Origin: Phoronis australis
Lineage: Eukaryota; Animalia; Phoronida
Direction of reading: 5' to 3'
DNA: 64,000 nucleotides
Assembly: GCA_002633005.1 (NCBI GenBank)
Contig: NMRA01000596.1
Location: forward strand, 125,494-189,493
In this document: piece by piece, positions 25,096 through 39,129 of the stretch
Numbering within the stretch: position 1 is the first letter of the stretch
Layout: each line of letters opens with the position of its first letter
The notes under the pieces: generated by a model
The model's database searches: none
What the model saw: the letters and a program-made list of their open reading frames with translations, nothing else
What the model was told of the DNA's origin: nothing
Position numbers and translations under genes: made by a program

Positions 25096-27329
25096 GGTGC
25101 TCCTTTAGTGTTGGTGAAGCCGAATGACCTGTTCTGTAGCCAATACAGTGAGATCGATAATCGTTGAGAGATGCCTCTTTCTAAAAAAACAATTGATAGC
25201 GCGCGCTGATGTTTAACTTGACCCACGTGCCCCTTTGAAAACATCACACTAATGAACTAAGTGAATAACGCGTACTTCGTGGTCAATTGCGGCAAAATTA
25301 TCATAGCAAGTGGCAAAAACTAGCCTTCGTTTCCGATTAACAATGATATCTATCTGAAATACGTAAATAGAAATGCATAAGAACACGCAAATTCACGTGA
25401 CTCGGGATGTACATGTAGTTTGTAACGTAATCTGAAGTTATATTGAGCACTATAGGGTCGGCGGATCAAGATAAAATAACAATTTAGTGGAATTCTAAGC
25501 TAAACACTAACATCCGATGAGCTTCGTTCCTACCACAGTGTAACCGTAGAGAGCAAGGTGTGTTATAAAATTGCCTAACTTCACGAGTTGCGTTTTGTGA
25601 GCATCATGAAAAAAATTCAAAATAATCGTGAAACAGGTCCTGCAAACAATATATGGTCCACTGTACGAAAGAACAACATGAAACATATTTAAGAGTGCAA
25701 CAAGCTACATGTATCACAGAGACGAAAAGCAAAAAATACATATTCACATAGCATAACTAGTTTAGCATCATCACGTTGTTGACATTAATCTATTGAACTT
25801 GAAAAAAACGAAAATTCCAGTAGTACACTTCAATACAATTTTCTCTCAGTTCAGTATATTTATCAGACAGCTAAAATGTACCTCGTGTTATTACAAGAGG
25901 TACGATTAGCCCGTTATTGATCATGGGTAATCGAAACAACTTTTCGCCATAATCATTTGAATGTTAAATGATCCGCATAGCAGCATCAGCATAGCATGTC
26001 TGTTATGACTATTGGTTGAAGGAAATAAAGTGATTTTGTAATGTAGCTTTCTATTGTTTATTTTAAATGGGCCAATGCATGTTAAATATCGATGGTCCAG
26101 ATTTTAATGAAAGAGCTTACTGATCATAAGGAGTCCACTCTATTTCCACGAATTCGATCATCGTCCATCCGCACACAAATCACTCTTCATCGGTTATTGA
26201 CGAGTTCGTGCGATTGATCTCTAGCTGGTGAGGATGAGTTGATGTGATCTATATTGTCTAACGTTTACCGACATGTAAATGATTTTGCGGTTCGTATGAC
26301 TGAATGCAGTGGTTCATGCAAATGTTTAGTGATTTGTGTCGATAAAGGGAGAGCTCGTGCTATATGTGGAATTTTGATAATTTGAGAAGAATTTGCAGAA
26401 GTAAGCTTCCTCAACCGTGTGCCTACACGTGCAAGAGGATTTCAAACCCTAAACTGGCACTTGGGTGAAGTACGATTAGCGTCCAAGGACTAGGGCCTAC
26501 ATGTAAGCCCTGTTTGCGGCAAGATTTGATAGATCTACATACAATGTATAAACATGCTGCGTCGCAGTGTCTCACAAGTCATAACGTGCGGACAGATACT
26601 ACAGATTGTTTGGGGACCAACAGATGTCGTAGTATTCGATTTGACGTATAACATATGGAGCCGGTAATGTAACTATCCGTGCAAGCCGTTGAGATGGTTG
26701 GTCAATCACTGAGCGGGACCGTGTGTAAAGAACCTGACGAATCAACTTCGGGCAAGGGCAAACGACCTCACAGTCCCGAAATAACATCAATGCCTGCACT
26801 GAAATTTTTATTAGACAATCCTAGATTGTGGCGTTCAGCTTGTGTGAATCAGCTTGTAAAAGCTTTGCCGCATTAAATATGCCCATACACGACATTTACG
26901 GATGATGATCAGTAGCGGATTTAGAGGGGGGCCATGCCCCCCACCCTTAAATTCTCCCAGATGCCATTTGGCAGTTCGGACAAAATCCTGGCTAATACCC
27001 CTAACTCAAAATCCTGGATCCGCCCCTGATGAATCAGTATCTCTAATGTCTTCATTTCATTGGATACATGTAACTTGTATTTGTCACCTTTTATCTTTGC
27101 CCCCAGTCATTGATCCGCGTGTTTATATTTATTAACACAATCGATCAACTTATCGATGGAAAACCAAGACGCGGTTTTTCTAATACCGCATTGATTTCCT
27201 ATAGCACTATTGGTTATACGTAATTCGTATTTAGAAAACAATTACCTGGATGCTGTAATTACAAAGTTTGGGGCGTTTTTCAGACATATTGTTAAATCCA
27301 TGATTAAAAAAGCTCACTGCAATAAAATG

Positions 27330-28035
27330 TAGCATACCTACAGATCTAACATTAATCCGGAGTGGTGGGATGACGAGTGTAACCAAAAAAGACATTAAAA
27401 ATAATCTGCGTAATGCATTGAGAAAAGGCATTGGTAGTGCGTCTGAATATTTGAATGCCAAAAGTTATTTCAAACTTACTGTAGAAAATAAACGAAAAAC
27501 ACTTATGGACACTCTAAGTCAACAGGCAGCGTCAGTCTACGACGATGGTGATCCGGATAAATGCTGGAAACTGTTGAAAAATTATAATAGAAAGAAGGCC
27601 CTTTATGCCTAATGATATCAGTCCTTCTCAATGGAAAAATTATTTTGAGGAATTACTGAATATCGAGGAGCAGGAGGATTTCCAGGATCAAGTTAATCCA
27701 CAAAACACAAATCATGAACTTATTTGTGACGATTGCAGTCAATATCATCCGGTCGAGTTGAAAAACCCTATTACGGAGGAGGAAATAAATGAATCTATTG
27801 ATTCATTAAAAAAATGATAAATCCCCTGGAGTCCATGTGATACCTGGAGAATTGATAAAGTTATGTTATCCTGTGATCATCAATCAACTTCAATTACTTT
27901 TTAATAAAATATTGTCATTATATGACTGAAAATCGGTGCAAGTCATTGATTGTCCCACTTCATAAAAAAGAAGTCATGGTGACGTTAATAATTATAGAGG
28001 GATATCGCTACTTAACATATTAAGTAAAGTCGTTT
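27330..28035 (+). mobile_element. Fragment of a related RTE-X-like LINE ORF2
   Basis: WWDDEC, ISPSQWKNYFEELLN, PITEEEINESIDSLK, KSPG, LIVPLHKK, NYRGISLL pieces broken by stops and frameshifts. Confidence 0.78.
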
Positions 28036-29446
28036 TAAACACTTTCAAATAAAAAGGCTGCTACTTCGGTCAGCCAAAGACTAGAAAAGGTTAAACAAAA
28101 TTTTTATTTCAAATAAAAGATTATTAAATTTTGAAACATTTTGATTTTGGTGGAGTTTCTGTTTTTATACTAGGTGCCAAAGTCTCGTTTTACGACACTT
28201 TTTATGTAAATGAGTATGATATTATTTCATGGTCACCCTAATGAAACAAGGCACACTTTTTATTATTTGTTTGTTTCACTATTAAATAATGATTGTGTAA
28301 TATTTGGAATTTCTGGGGTTTAATATATGTTCGCAATTAATTGTTTTAAGTGTATCAGACGTGATGTTTTCTTTAACAAAGCAGTTTATTTACTAATTGT
28401 TTCTTTTCCTGATTATACTTGTACACAGGGTTCAGTCGCCAGGAAGTCACTAACTGCTACAGTTTTAAATACTAAAGGTTTTAATGAGACATGGTATCCT
28501 CTTAGATCTAGGTTATTCATATCAACTAAATTTATTCCACAATCCCTACAACATATCAAAATAATCGCCACTGTACTGAAGTACAGCAGGAAGACTGGAA
28601 ATTGGCGCGATTTTGAAAAGGTTAAATTGCTCGCTCATATGTTCTATGACTCTGGTTGAAGCTAAATAGCTCAAAACCAAGTCGATGACCGTTCATGGTT
28701 TTCTCCTTTTATAGAAAACATGGTGGAATCAAAATAACACATAAAAGGCAAAAATTTTCTTTGTAACTTTTTGTGCAATAACGATAAAATCTGAGGTACC
28801 CAAAATCCAGAAAAAAGTTTACTTGCGCTGACACACTAAAATCTGTAAAACATTAGAGCAAGAAACTGACATCAAAGTTTTTTAATCATCGATTTAATTT
28901 ACCGTGTCATTACGGTAACCCATGCAAAATTCAGTTTGGACAGAATTACCGAACTGTTTAGCCTGCTGTTGTCCGCAAAAGGGCTGGCTATTAATTAAAA
29001 GATGTGTAAACCATGATTCTCAAATTATTCAAAGGTCACTGTAGACACGAAATTCACCTGGATATGGTTTTAACATTTTCTGTTCATCTCAATTAACATT
29101 CACAAAAATTCATAGTCCCAAATTATAGGAAATATGCAGTTTGAATATTCTATTTAATAAATATAAAAAACAGACGACCCACTCTTTTACACGTATCTAT
29201 GACACTTATCAATTCCATTGGGCAACTGTACCAGACGTCACGTCACGCTGACGTAATCTGTAGTGGCCTTGGGATCAGAAGAAAAGTGAATTTTTGCCCC
29301 ACATCTCACAACCGCAGGGTGCACTGCTATTTCAGTCCACAACTTTTTTGTTGAAATACAACATCTTTCACAGTTTGGTGATAAATGGGAATTTGTAGCC
29401 TGGAATTCCGAAACAAATTTCGAGCTAAAACTCGTACACGACTTAA

Positions 29447-30782
29447 AGGCGAAGGCAACCTTTTTTCATGCCACTTTTAGCAAAAATATGGTTCGTTGAT
29501 TATCCGAGACACATTTTTCACTGAATTATAGCTTTTCGTAATTTGATTAATTTCTCGTCCTCTACTCCGGAAGTGACGTTTTGGGAGGCAAGAGTTTCGC
29601 GCCAATTTCTTTTCATTATGGTCTGACTGTGAGAGCTGTCGAGTCAGTCATCGTTCTACCTCGGTTGCGATAAGTTCGGTCGTCGTTTGCTTTTGTTTAC
29701 AAGTCATTCAACATGGCACGCTGTTGCTGCGTGATGGGATGTACTCATTATCGTCTCACACGCGCTTTGGGTACATTGTGTCGCTTTCCGAAGGATGACA
29801 CACTTCGCCGTACTTGGCTAGCTCGTTCATGTGAAGAACGCAGCACTACTCGTCCACGCAACGTACAAAGCAGTGGATGGTTACCGAGTGTGTGGCAAGC
29901 ATTTTCTGCCGTCAGATTACGACAGAGATATGTACGCTGAATTGATAAAGGTCCCTGCGAAACAACGCCTGACTCGGGTACCATACCGTCGCTGTTGATT
30001 CCCGGCAGTGCCCCGTCGCCAACCCCGAGAAGTGCATTTTTGAAGCGAGAAGCCTCGCGAGCTGTGGCCACTATATACAGTGGCTGGAGGCTCTACATCT
30101 ACTGTCACCCGTGCCTCCGAACGTACCCCCATTGCGTACAATTCCGGGAACTAGCAGTGATTCGCCCTGTGCTGTTGTCTCTAGCCCAGAGCCTGTAAGG
30201 AGCCCTGCAGCGATGTTGAGTAATGGGAGTGAATACATGTACAGGTCCAGTTCGAAACCCAGTGAATAGGACAGTTCGTCATGCAGTGAACAGATCGGTG
30301 AGCCTAAGTTTGATAAGTTTATTGCGGACTTGTATTGGAGCTATTTAGAAGGTGCCTGGTATGTGGCGAGGGAGTCACACGGCGGGATGTAAGCAGTTTG
30401 GGTGCTCAGATCACCCTCCAGTGGGAGTGTGTCGCGGGACACTGGGGCAAGTGGGACAGGTCTTCCTCTGTACGTGAGACGATGAGAACACACCAGTACG
30501 CAGCAACAGCGTGGCATATTGACTGACTCGTAAGCAAAAGCAAACGACGACCGAACTTATCACAACCGAGGTAGAACAATGACTGACTCGACTGCTCTCA
30601 CAGTCAGACTATATGAAAAGAAATTGGCGCGAAATTCTTGCCTCCCAAAACGTAACTTCTGGAGTAGACGACGAGTAATTAATTAAATTACGAAAAGCAG
30701 AAAATAAGTGAAAAATATGTCTGGGATAATCAACGAACCTTATTTTTGCTAAAAATGACATGAAAAAAGGTTGCCTTCGCCT
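29447..30782 (+). mobile_element. Kolobok-type non-autonomous element, family 2, copy E
   Basis: TTAA TSDs at 29443-29446 and 30783-30786; AGGCGAAGGCAACC termini; ~315-bp imperfect inverted arms; frameshifted THAP (MARCCCVMGC...RFPKD...W) plus KFIA...ELFRRCLVCG...WECVAGHWGKW transposase N-terminal remnant. Confidence 0.87.
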
Positions 30783-31146
30783 TTAAGTTGGAACAGAGCA
30801 CGCCTGACCTTGCTCTGCCGACTTTCACTCTGAATCCGATGAGCTATCACCAGAATTAGCCAAATGAGAACATTTTTCTAGGGTTACATCAAATTTAAAG
30901 TTTGCGACTCCATTTCTTCTTCAACTCCGAGCTCAAGCTTGATGTTTCTCAACAGTCACAAAAATTTCTCATGACAGCCGAGATATTATACTCAAGCACC
31001 ACACAAAGCACTGAACAGATATTAAGAAGAAAAGAAAACACAATCGAAATACTGGGTACTTTGTATTAAGTACAAAATTAAAAACACTTCAGTAACGTTG
31101 ACAACGAGTACAGGACACTATATTCAGTCATCCGTTGTCGTAAACA

Positions 31147-31870
31147 AGACACTCTAAGAATGTAAAGTTTAAAAAGTTAAAAGCTTTAAAAATAAATAAT
31201 AAAGCATTTAGTGTCACAAACACTTCCACACAATTGCAAATATACAGTTTCAAATAAGGCACTCACAATTTTGTTTCTCTGTTTAGAAAAAATTCACACA
31301 TTAAAGAAATGCTGATGGCAATCGTTATTGGTGATATTTGGGTAGAGGTCAGGTAAATGAATCAGCTGTCTACGCCCTCAGATTGGCCATTCAGGACTAA
31401 TGGATAGTCATGTCAGGGGTGTCCCTTTAGCAAACATTCACTGTGCTAATTTGCGCGTCAAATTTTCAGGCAGTAGGCATTCTTTCTGCTAGTCACAGCA
31501 ACTGTAGTTATGCAGTATTTTCACCTGCTGACGTCATTTTATCTTAGGGCAAAAGAATAAAGATAAGTCCCCCAATGCAACACTATGTTAATCACTCGTC
31601 TTGTAGACAACAACCAAGCATTTCATCACATTGCTAAGGGCTTTTTGAGAATGGCTCGAGAGTTCCAAACACTGTGCAAAACTTTCAAAAATGGTGTAGC
31701 ACCATCTTTGAATAACTGCAGAAGAACGCAAGGTTTACCTCCTAATATCATTTACCATAAACAGGTGTTTTAATGACATTTTTTGGAAACAGAATTGGTA
31801 GTGGAATAAGCAGACTGTGTGTGCAAAAGTTCTGTATGACAACCGCAGTGCCTTTACAGGACATAAGTAC
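31147..31870 (+). repeat. Interspersed repeat homologous to 1-823
   Basis: See above; probably part of a larger element extending leftward. Confidence 0.8.
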
Positions 31871-32422
31871 GATGACATTAACCCAAACTTCTTCTTATTT
31901 TGAGCAAAGTACTAAAATGAGACACTGGCAATGGAATGTAAAGTTCGGACAAATACAGGCAGCCACGCCCATGGATTTTGAGTTTTAACTGAGCTGGTGC
32001 AGACAGGCCAGCAATAAACGTGGGGACAATCTATTCACAGCCAATATTTTGTTTGGGCTGTGTCAACTGGGCATTGGGTAGTGGATACTACATGATACTT
32101 TCTAATGCCATAAGACTTTGTTTGAGCTTATAACTTGAATATGTAAACTACCTATCACTACAATGGTGGTCAATAAAGAGGAGGGGTCTCAGATGAAACT
32201 ATAGATTCAAGGCATAATAATTTGTAGTGCACCCCACTTTGCAATCCCATAGTCTGCACTTCAAGAATTCCCTGTCATATTTTACTTTTTCATAGGCTTA
32301 GCAAAAGCTCTAGAAAAAATCTGTTGATCTGTGTTAGTTTAATTTATACATGTACATTACAAGATTCAAACTGTTTCACTAGCACTATAAATTGGGAAGC
32401 AGTCTTTGGAAATACAGTTGCA

Positions 32423-32524
32423 TCAAGGACACTTCTCCACGTCTGTAACGAGATTTGCGAAGGCTTTATAGACACTGGCGATCTCAAAGCACATGGTGCC
32501 ACCCCCTCTCTTGAACTGGCCGTA
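32423..32524 (-). CDS. DNASE2: DNase II copy A, terminal coding exon 8
   Basis: YGQFKRGGGTMCFEIASVYKAFANLVTDVEKCP* (Q-x2-RGGG-x2-C motif); the eight exons sum to 1071 nt = 356 aa + stop. Confidence 0.93.
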   Translation of the reverse strand, partial: YGQFKRGGGTMCFEIASVYKAFANLVTDVEKCP

Positions 32525-32550
32525 CTAAAAAGGACAAGACAAGAACTTAA

Positions 32551-34106
32551 AGGAGCATGCCACCCAAAAAACAACCTAATTTGTATCAATTTAGATCGAG
32601 TAGTTCTCCTCGATAGCGGCANGAGATAAATTCTAAGTATTTTTCCGTGAAATACAGACAGTAGGACCTAGATCTGTGTTGTTTAGACTTGTGTTTTTTT
32701 AGTTCTAAACACAAAAAAACGCTTGTTATCCCGGCCAGTGTCTCGGAACCCGATCAGGCCCGTCGCGGCCGGACTGACTTGTTATCCGGGCAAGTGGCTC
32801 GAAACCCAATCAGGCCCGTCGCGACCGGACTGAAGACATCACGAACATTAACCAGCCAAAGTTGGAAACTAAGCTTGAAGTCAAGAAAATACTATACTAG
32901 TGAGCTAAAGAAGTAATGTGCACGTGATTATTTTGGTGAAGCCACGAAACTGAAAATCTACTAAGGCCTACTCGTCGGAGGCCGTGAATTCAGGTTCCCG
33001 TTTGGCCACAGAACCGCCAGGGCAGAAGTTGTACATTGACAATCATTATTTGAATAATGTATAAGTAAATAAAGATTCCCCTAACACCTGGCCGTGATGG
33101 AATATCGAGTTATTGTTTCACAACAGATTCTGTCAGCAAACACTGAATTAGCTTGCGCTCACACGGCCTCGGTGTCCGGTCAAATTAGTTTTATTGCACC
33201 TAAAGCCAGTAACGCAGTGATTTATTCATTGCTGGCTTCTCAAATCATTTACACTCACGAACACTCCAAAGGCATTACAAATTGCATCTAATGGGACACA
33301 CTTTCTTTCAGTTTTATACATAAGTGTTGGTTAGGGTGAGAATAATTCATTTTGAAACAGAACGCTTAGTAATAAACGTCAACATGGCCACTCGCAATCC
33401 CGACTTGGAGGAGTACTCATCTGACGCAGACTTCCCAGGTAGATCGTTAGGTTTCTCAGGATATCAGTTCGAACCAGCTAGAGTACACTGATCAAGAAGT
33501 ATTAGAGAAGCGCCGTGAACGTGCACAAACAATGGAGCACATGGATAGTTCCGAAAACCGTCTCATGGTGTCAGTGCGCTAACTGCACCATAATGGAAAC
33601 AACTAAACCACGTTTCTTTGCTTCCTGCCTGCCGAACGCAAACACACTAGGCACAGGATCTGACTTCAGCCTCGGTTGCTTTTTCTGCCCTGGCATGAGC
33701 TGTTTGGCAAGCCGGAATTCGTCAGTGAAATCACTGTCCACGAAATGACGGACACAGACACGGAGATGTTTCACGGCCTCGTACTTGGTATGAACTCCGT
33801 ACTTGTCATTTTTCACTGCCGCGAGCCACTTCCGAAGCATTTCGGGCTCTCGAGGAAATCGAAAAAACGATGTACCCGCTTTCCTCGCCGCTTCATAGTT
33901 CGACGGAACAGGCAGGAACGACACACCACACCATGGCGGAATTCACTCTGCATACGAACCACTGACGTCGCTGCGGACTTTCTCACCTTCCTCACAGGCT
34001 AACGCGACACCTCTCGGCAAGGTAAGGTCGACCTTGTACGAGCCGATGTGGCCCCAGACCGATTAAGACGGTAAATAAGACTAATTAAATCGGGTGGCAT
34101 TAGCCT
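32551..34106. mobile_element. Kolobok-type element, family 1, copy D (in the last DNase II intron; contains N at 32622)
   Basis: TTAA at 32547-32550 and 34107-34110; TIRs AGGAGCATGCCACCC / GGGTGGCATTAGCCT; THAP ORF 33571-33924 (FFRFP...W...RVCVRHF...PVPSVF) and KolX-like SWCQCANCTIMET on the + strand. Confidence 0.88.
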
Positions 34107-37100
34107 TTAATGTTGTTGCAGTAGCGCCATCATGCGACATCTGGGATTACTATTTAACATGGCCTTCTTTTTACACATCTACTAGTAAAATAATAAATAT
34201 ATTTTTCTCATTGTATAAGAACCACAGAACATGGAGAGTAACTGTCAATCCATGAATTGGAAGACCAACAGACTTTAATGAATGTTTGAATAAATGTCAT
34301 CCAACTACTTTGGAAAATCCGTCAAATTCTAGACAGCAAGTTAACTTACAATGTACATGTTAATTTTGTAACATGGAACTTGCAAGGTACATGTAAGTCC
34401 TTGTCTCTGTGACTGCTAGGCCATATTACTTAGAAACACAACATATATAAACGATGTGTACATGAAGAAGGTTGAAAATAGCCAAATGTTTTTAACCAAT
34501 GAGTTTTGTGTTGAAAATGATCACCACAGATCACTGACCTGGTGCTGTGGAACAACACTGCATGATGCAGGCTATGTGACGTACATGTATATCATACGTG
34601 CAGAGGTCACCTATTTGCAGCATTTTTTTGTTTTCACATTTATCAAGTTGTCATTGAATACAACTGCACTTTATTCAGGTGGATGATGTTAAGATAGTAT
34701 TGTCCTGTAGTTCCTACTATACATTAGCATAGCTGAGAGCATGCAAACACACCTTTAATGTTTTAGTGTGTGATTGTATTCAGGTCCATGCCCCTATATG
34801 TGACACTGCACCTATATCTGTTACTAGGCATTATGTGCTTAAGTGTAACGCACCTGAGTAAAACCAAGGTCCACAAGAATAGAATGATTTAAAAATAGTG
34901 TGTTAGTAAAATGTGCCTGTTCCTCTTCAAAATGGTAGACTTTGACATTCAATCATTTTTGAACATTAAATTTTAAATGAAAAATACAACAATTTGGCAA
35001 GAGAGACAAAAAGAAAACCAGTTTAAGAAATGCAAAAAATACAAGGAATGCCACCCTGCATCAACAAATGAGATACATGAGCCTCTATGCACAACACAAG
35101 AGCAAAATTCAGTAACAGGCACATGGGCCTTGATTCAGACATATATGGTGATTCACTGTACCACGGAGCAGACATGGGTGGCGCAGCACTGAAAAAAGTG
35201 GGGCTAAAGCCCCCCTCCCCAGCCCCCCTGTGGTGCGCTGCCTATAGACCATGGGCAGTGCAGCACTAAAAAAGTGGGGGGCTATAGCGCCCCCCCTCAC
35301 CTCCCTATGGTGCGCCGTCCACAGCAAAGCTGTAAAATTGTTTGACAACAATTTCAATAAGGCTCCAATGCATGACATATGACTCTTCAGTATTGTGACA
35401 TGGGGAGAATACCTTATGTAATGCTGTCTCTCGCTAGAAACTTGCTGTGAGAAATCTTAACTTAAAATATAGACAGGAAATAAGTAGCATGTTTACATAC
35501 TATACTTTACTCCAACTATTGAATCTGTGACTAATGCTTTCTGTTTTAGTATGATACTGTATTCTAGCATGTCAAAACACTTGATTTTCATTTTAACTCA
35601 ATAGAGACTGAACAAACATTTGCTATGGCGACCACATCATTCTTATATACATGTATATATTCAGGTTTGCCTAAATACATATAAACCTTGCCTCGATGCC
35701 TTAATACCATCTAAGCAGCATATTTTGACTTTGCCTGGTTTCCTTTTCAGTACAGACTTAAGAAAAGCCTGTTTAAAGGTGGAAGCAATGATCATGCTTG
35801 AAGATACATGTACATTAATTTTTTACTAAAATGAAATTTCCATAATTATCATGGAGAGGCATATTCCGCGTTTTTAATTGTCATACAATAACAGCACGCA
35901 ACACAAACAGTCTGACAAAAGGTGCACAGCTTGGTTTAGTGCACATTCAATTCCCTTAAACAGTGTCTTACTCATTATTGATCACGGTCATTTTTCCTCA
36001 CCACATTGAGTAGTGAACAGTGTTACCAATAGATGTCCTTATGAGGCATACCAACCTAATGAGCAGGGAGGAATAGAGTATCCCTGGATTCTACTGGCTG
36101 ATGCAAGCAATATGGTCTCTTCCAAAACTGCACAAAGCATGTCGAGTCGAAACACAAACCTCGCAATTCAGGTCAAAGTTTTAGATAACACAATTTGTTT
36201 TTGTTAGAAAAACTTCACATGTCCACCTAACTGATGTGTACTAAGTGAAGAATTATCACAGCATTACAAATTTACTTCAGCCTTAATGACTGACTGTGTT
36301 CCTCTTTGTAAAACGCAATGAGAGCAGTAGTTTCCCTTTGCAAGTATAGGTAATTCAGGTTTCAAATACAGGAACATCAAAAACATAGGTAATGATTGTA
36401 AGTTACGAAAAGGGCCTCTTTTGAAACAAGACTAAGATGTAAATTTTGTGGCAAGCATTTTCAAATCCACAGCCTTGGCCATACTAACAATTTGAGCATA
36501 CAGTTTCAAGCCTGGCAAACCCAATGCAGCATTCAGACCCAGGCAATGACAAAATCAGTTTGTATTAACCTTCTAAAACTTTGTTATGCTGCTGGACCAC
36601 CAAAAACTGTATCAGAGTTTCTAAATCCAAAATGTTGATAGCATAACATATTGCAGGACAGACCATGGCATGCACCCAAATCGCAAGTCCTGCAGCTCAA
36701 TTACTCTTTAATGTACTTTAATCTGACAGCATTAGGAAAAGAGTTGCCTGAAGAATTAAGATGTCCGATTTCATTTTTCACTTTCTTGTGGACGGAAACA
36801 CAGCTGACATGAATTCCTCATAAATATTTTTATACAGATTTTTTCCTCTACAAAAATCAGCTAAGTTTTGTAGGACATATATGGTAGACATAATTCAGAT
36901 CAGCTGATATGATTGTCTATATGGTACAATGTAGTTCCAGTAACTGATTAGACATAATTACCATGTTTTACTGCCCATAACTGGAGACAGGTCCAAGGTT
37001 ATTTAGATCAGTGGTATTAGTGTGTCCAGTGTACCTGAAGCACTTCACAATCAAAGTAGCATTACGAAGAAAAAGGGATGTTTTCATTCAAATATTTAAA

Positions 37101-37149
37101 AAATTATTTCAAACTTTACTACATTGAAATATTTTTCTAGGCCACAAAC

Positions 37150-37275
37150 CTGTCTGTTGATATCTCCAATACATGTCCAATCTTTCTGATCACTCGACAC
37201 TGCCCATTTGGAATGATCTTTTGTATTAGGAAAAGATACTTGCTTTGGAAAGGACAGGGCAATGATGTTCTCTAC
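37150..37275 (-). CDS. DNASE2: DNase II copy A, coding exon 7 (second catalytic HxK motif)
   Basis: VENIIALSFPKQVSFPNTKDHSKWAVSSDQKDWTCIGDINRQ; DHSKW and CIGDINR are DNase II hallmarks; phases 0/0. Confidence 0.95.
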
Positions 37276-39019
37276 CTGAAAAATATTGGAAACATGCCTG
37301 TCTGCGGAAGTACACATTAGATAGGATATACCTCACATGTGATTTATCACAAGTGACACTACCGAGAGATCGTTCATTATATTTCACAACTTGTCCATAT
37401 ACTCATAACTCATAAGTTCACAAGCAATGTCAAGAAGGGACTGGGGCAGCTCAGTACAGAAGCAACTATTCTCTTCTAATAAAATGTAGTTGGCAAATGA
37501 AACAGCTCAATTATTAAGGACATTTTTTCAAAGACCAGAGCTCATCATCGAAGAAAAAGCAGCAACGTAATATGTGAAATTGTTGGCCATAAGTCAAATC
37601 TGACCGTTACAGCATGCAAGTGGATGAGAAAGCGTACACTGTTTCCCCCAGAATATCCAGCAAATTTCTTGGCACATCAAAGACTTGATGGAACCTTCAG
37701 GGATTGAAGTGAGCGAGTCGATACTCATCGGATTGGCTTAAGATGCAATGGAGACAACTGCAGTAGTAAACCAACCTCACCGTTTAACATACGAGTTTCA
37801 AAGACAAAAATGAACAACAAGCAAGGCAAACGACCACAATGACTTTTTAAAATTGAAAAGTAAATCCTAGCCATCTTTGAATTATTAACTCAGTGCATTA
37901 CAAGCTAAATAACTAACCTATCGCCAGCATTTTGAGAGTCAAGTTAACTGACCATTTAGAACGCAGCATGATTGACACACCTTCGTTTCCAAGCCGCCAT
38001 TTTACCCGACAAACAACACGGTACTGGGTAAAACTTATTGTTTGTTAGTCAACATTACGCAAGGGGGCGGAGCTTGCAATAGGTCAATTAGCGAATAGGT
38101 GTTCTTCCGCATTTTGGATAAGCCGGGAGCATTAATCTGTCAATCAATTAGGACGGGTTAGCTAAAGCTTGGCTTAAGCTCCTTTAGGCGATGGGGTAGG
38201 TAGCACAGGTGTTGCTTTATGTTACACGTGTCCTCATATCCCCAAAACAGGAACAGGCTAAGAAAGTTAGAATGTTGCGATACTGCCAATTCAGATGTCT
38301 GTTTCGTGAATAGTGAAGTCAGACGTTTGGCCTTGGTAAACTCCACACAACTATTATTGAAGAAATAATTATATCTCATTTGATCAAAAAATTTAAAGTT
38401 TCTGATAATATCCACCTAACTGCTAGTTACTGAAAGAATTCCTATAAATTACTTCCAGACTGTGATGCGCTCTTGACTACTTGGCTAAACTTTTGGTCAG
38501 CAGTGGAAATCTTTCAATGGCAATGTGTCGACTGGTCACACTGGACTAGATACCAGTGACCTCTAGAGGATGAGGAGGTGCCTTTATAACTTTATAAATT
38601 AAAACACATCACGTCTTATCACAAACCATCCCCCTATGAAACACGTTGTGAAAACTAAGTACACAGTAACACCTGGTACAGCTAGTTGGCGACACGAGCC
38701 ACCGATTCCAAGTGATCCTCCTTGATTGCTTCATGAAACACTCCCATTGTAAAGTGGGAGCATCAGCCCAAACGTCTGCCTTACGCCTCAGTCATTTCCA
38801 TGAAACAGACCAAAGATCCCAAAAGAAGCAGAAGAATTTCAAAATTGCCAAGTATTGGAACATGGCGCCTTTTGCTGGAGAGACAGATGAGATAACCGGT
38901 TCTGCATGAGAGCTGAATTATTGACTGTTACAGAAATCTCCAACTGAACTAAAGCCAAGTATCCCACGAGAATGATATCTGCTTCACCACGACTATGTTC
39001 CTTACGTAGGTTTGCTTAC

Positions 39020-39129
39020 CTTGAACCTGCCAGGCTCACAGTAAGACTTGATGTCACCCTCACCATTCTGCCATGTTTCTGTCTGAAGGTCTGTCTGCAG
39101 AAAGGGAGCCACAAACTCACTGTAGAGGT
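39020..39129 (-). CDS. DNASE2: DNase II copy A, coding exon 6
   Basis: (D)LYSEFVAPFLQTDLQTETWQNGEGDIKSYCEPGRFK; acceptor tcttgtAG, donor AAG|GTAAGC; phases 1/0. Confidence 0.92.

Noticed and set aside
33571-33924. Host THAP-domain gene or domesticated transposase
   Set aside because: Lies inside a TIR/TTAA-bounded element, is frameshifted from its own N-terminal cysteines and is truncated by an internal deletion.
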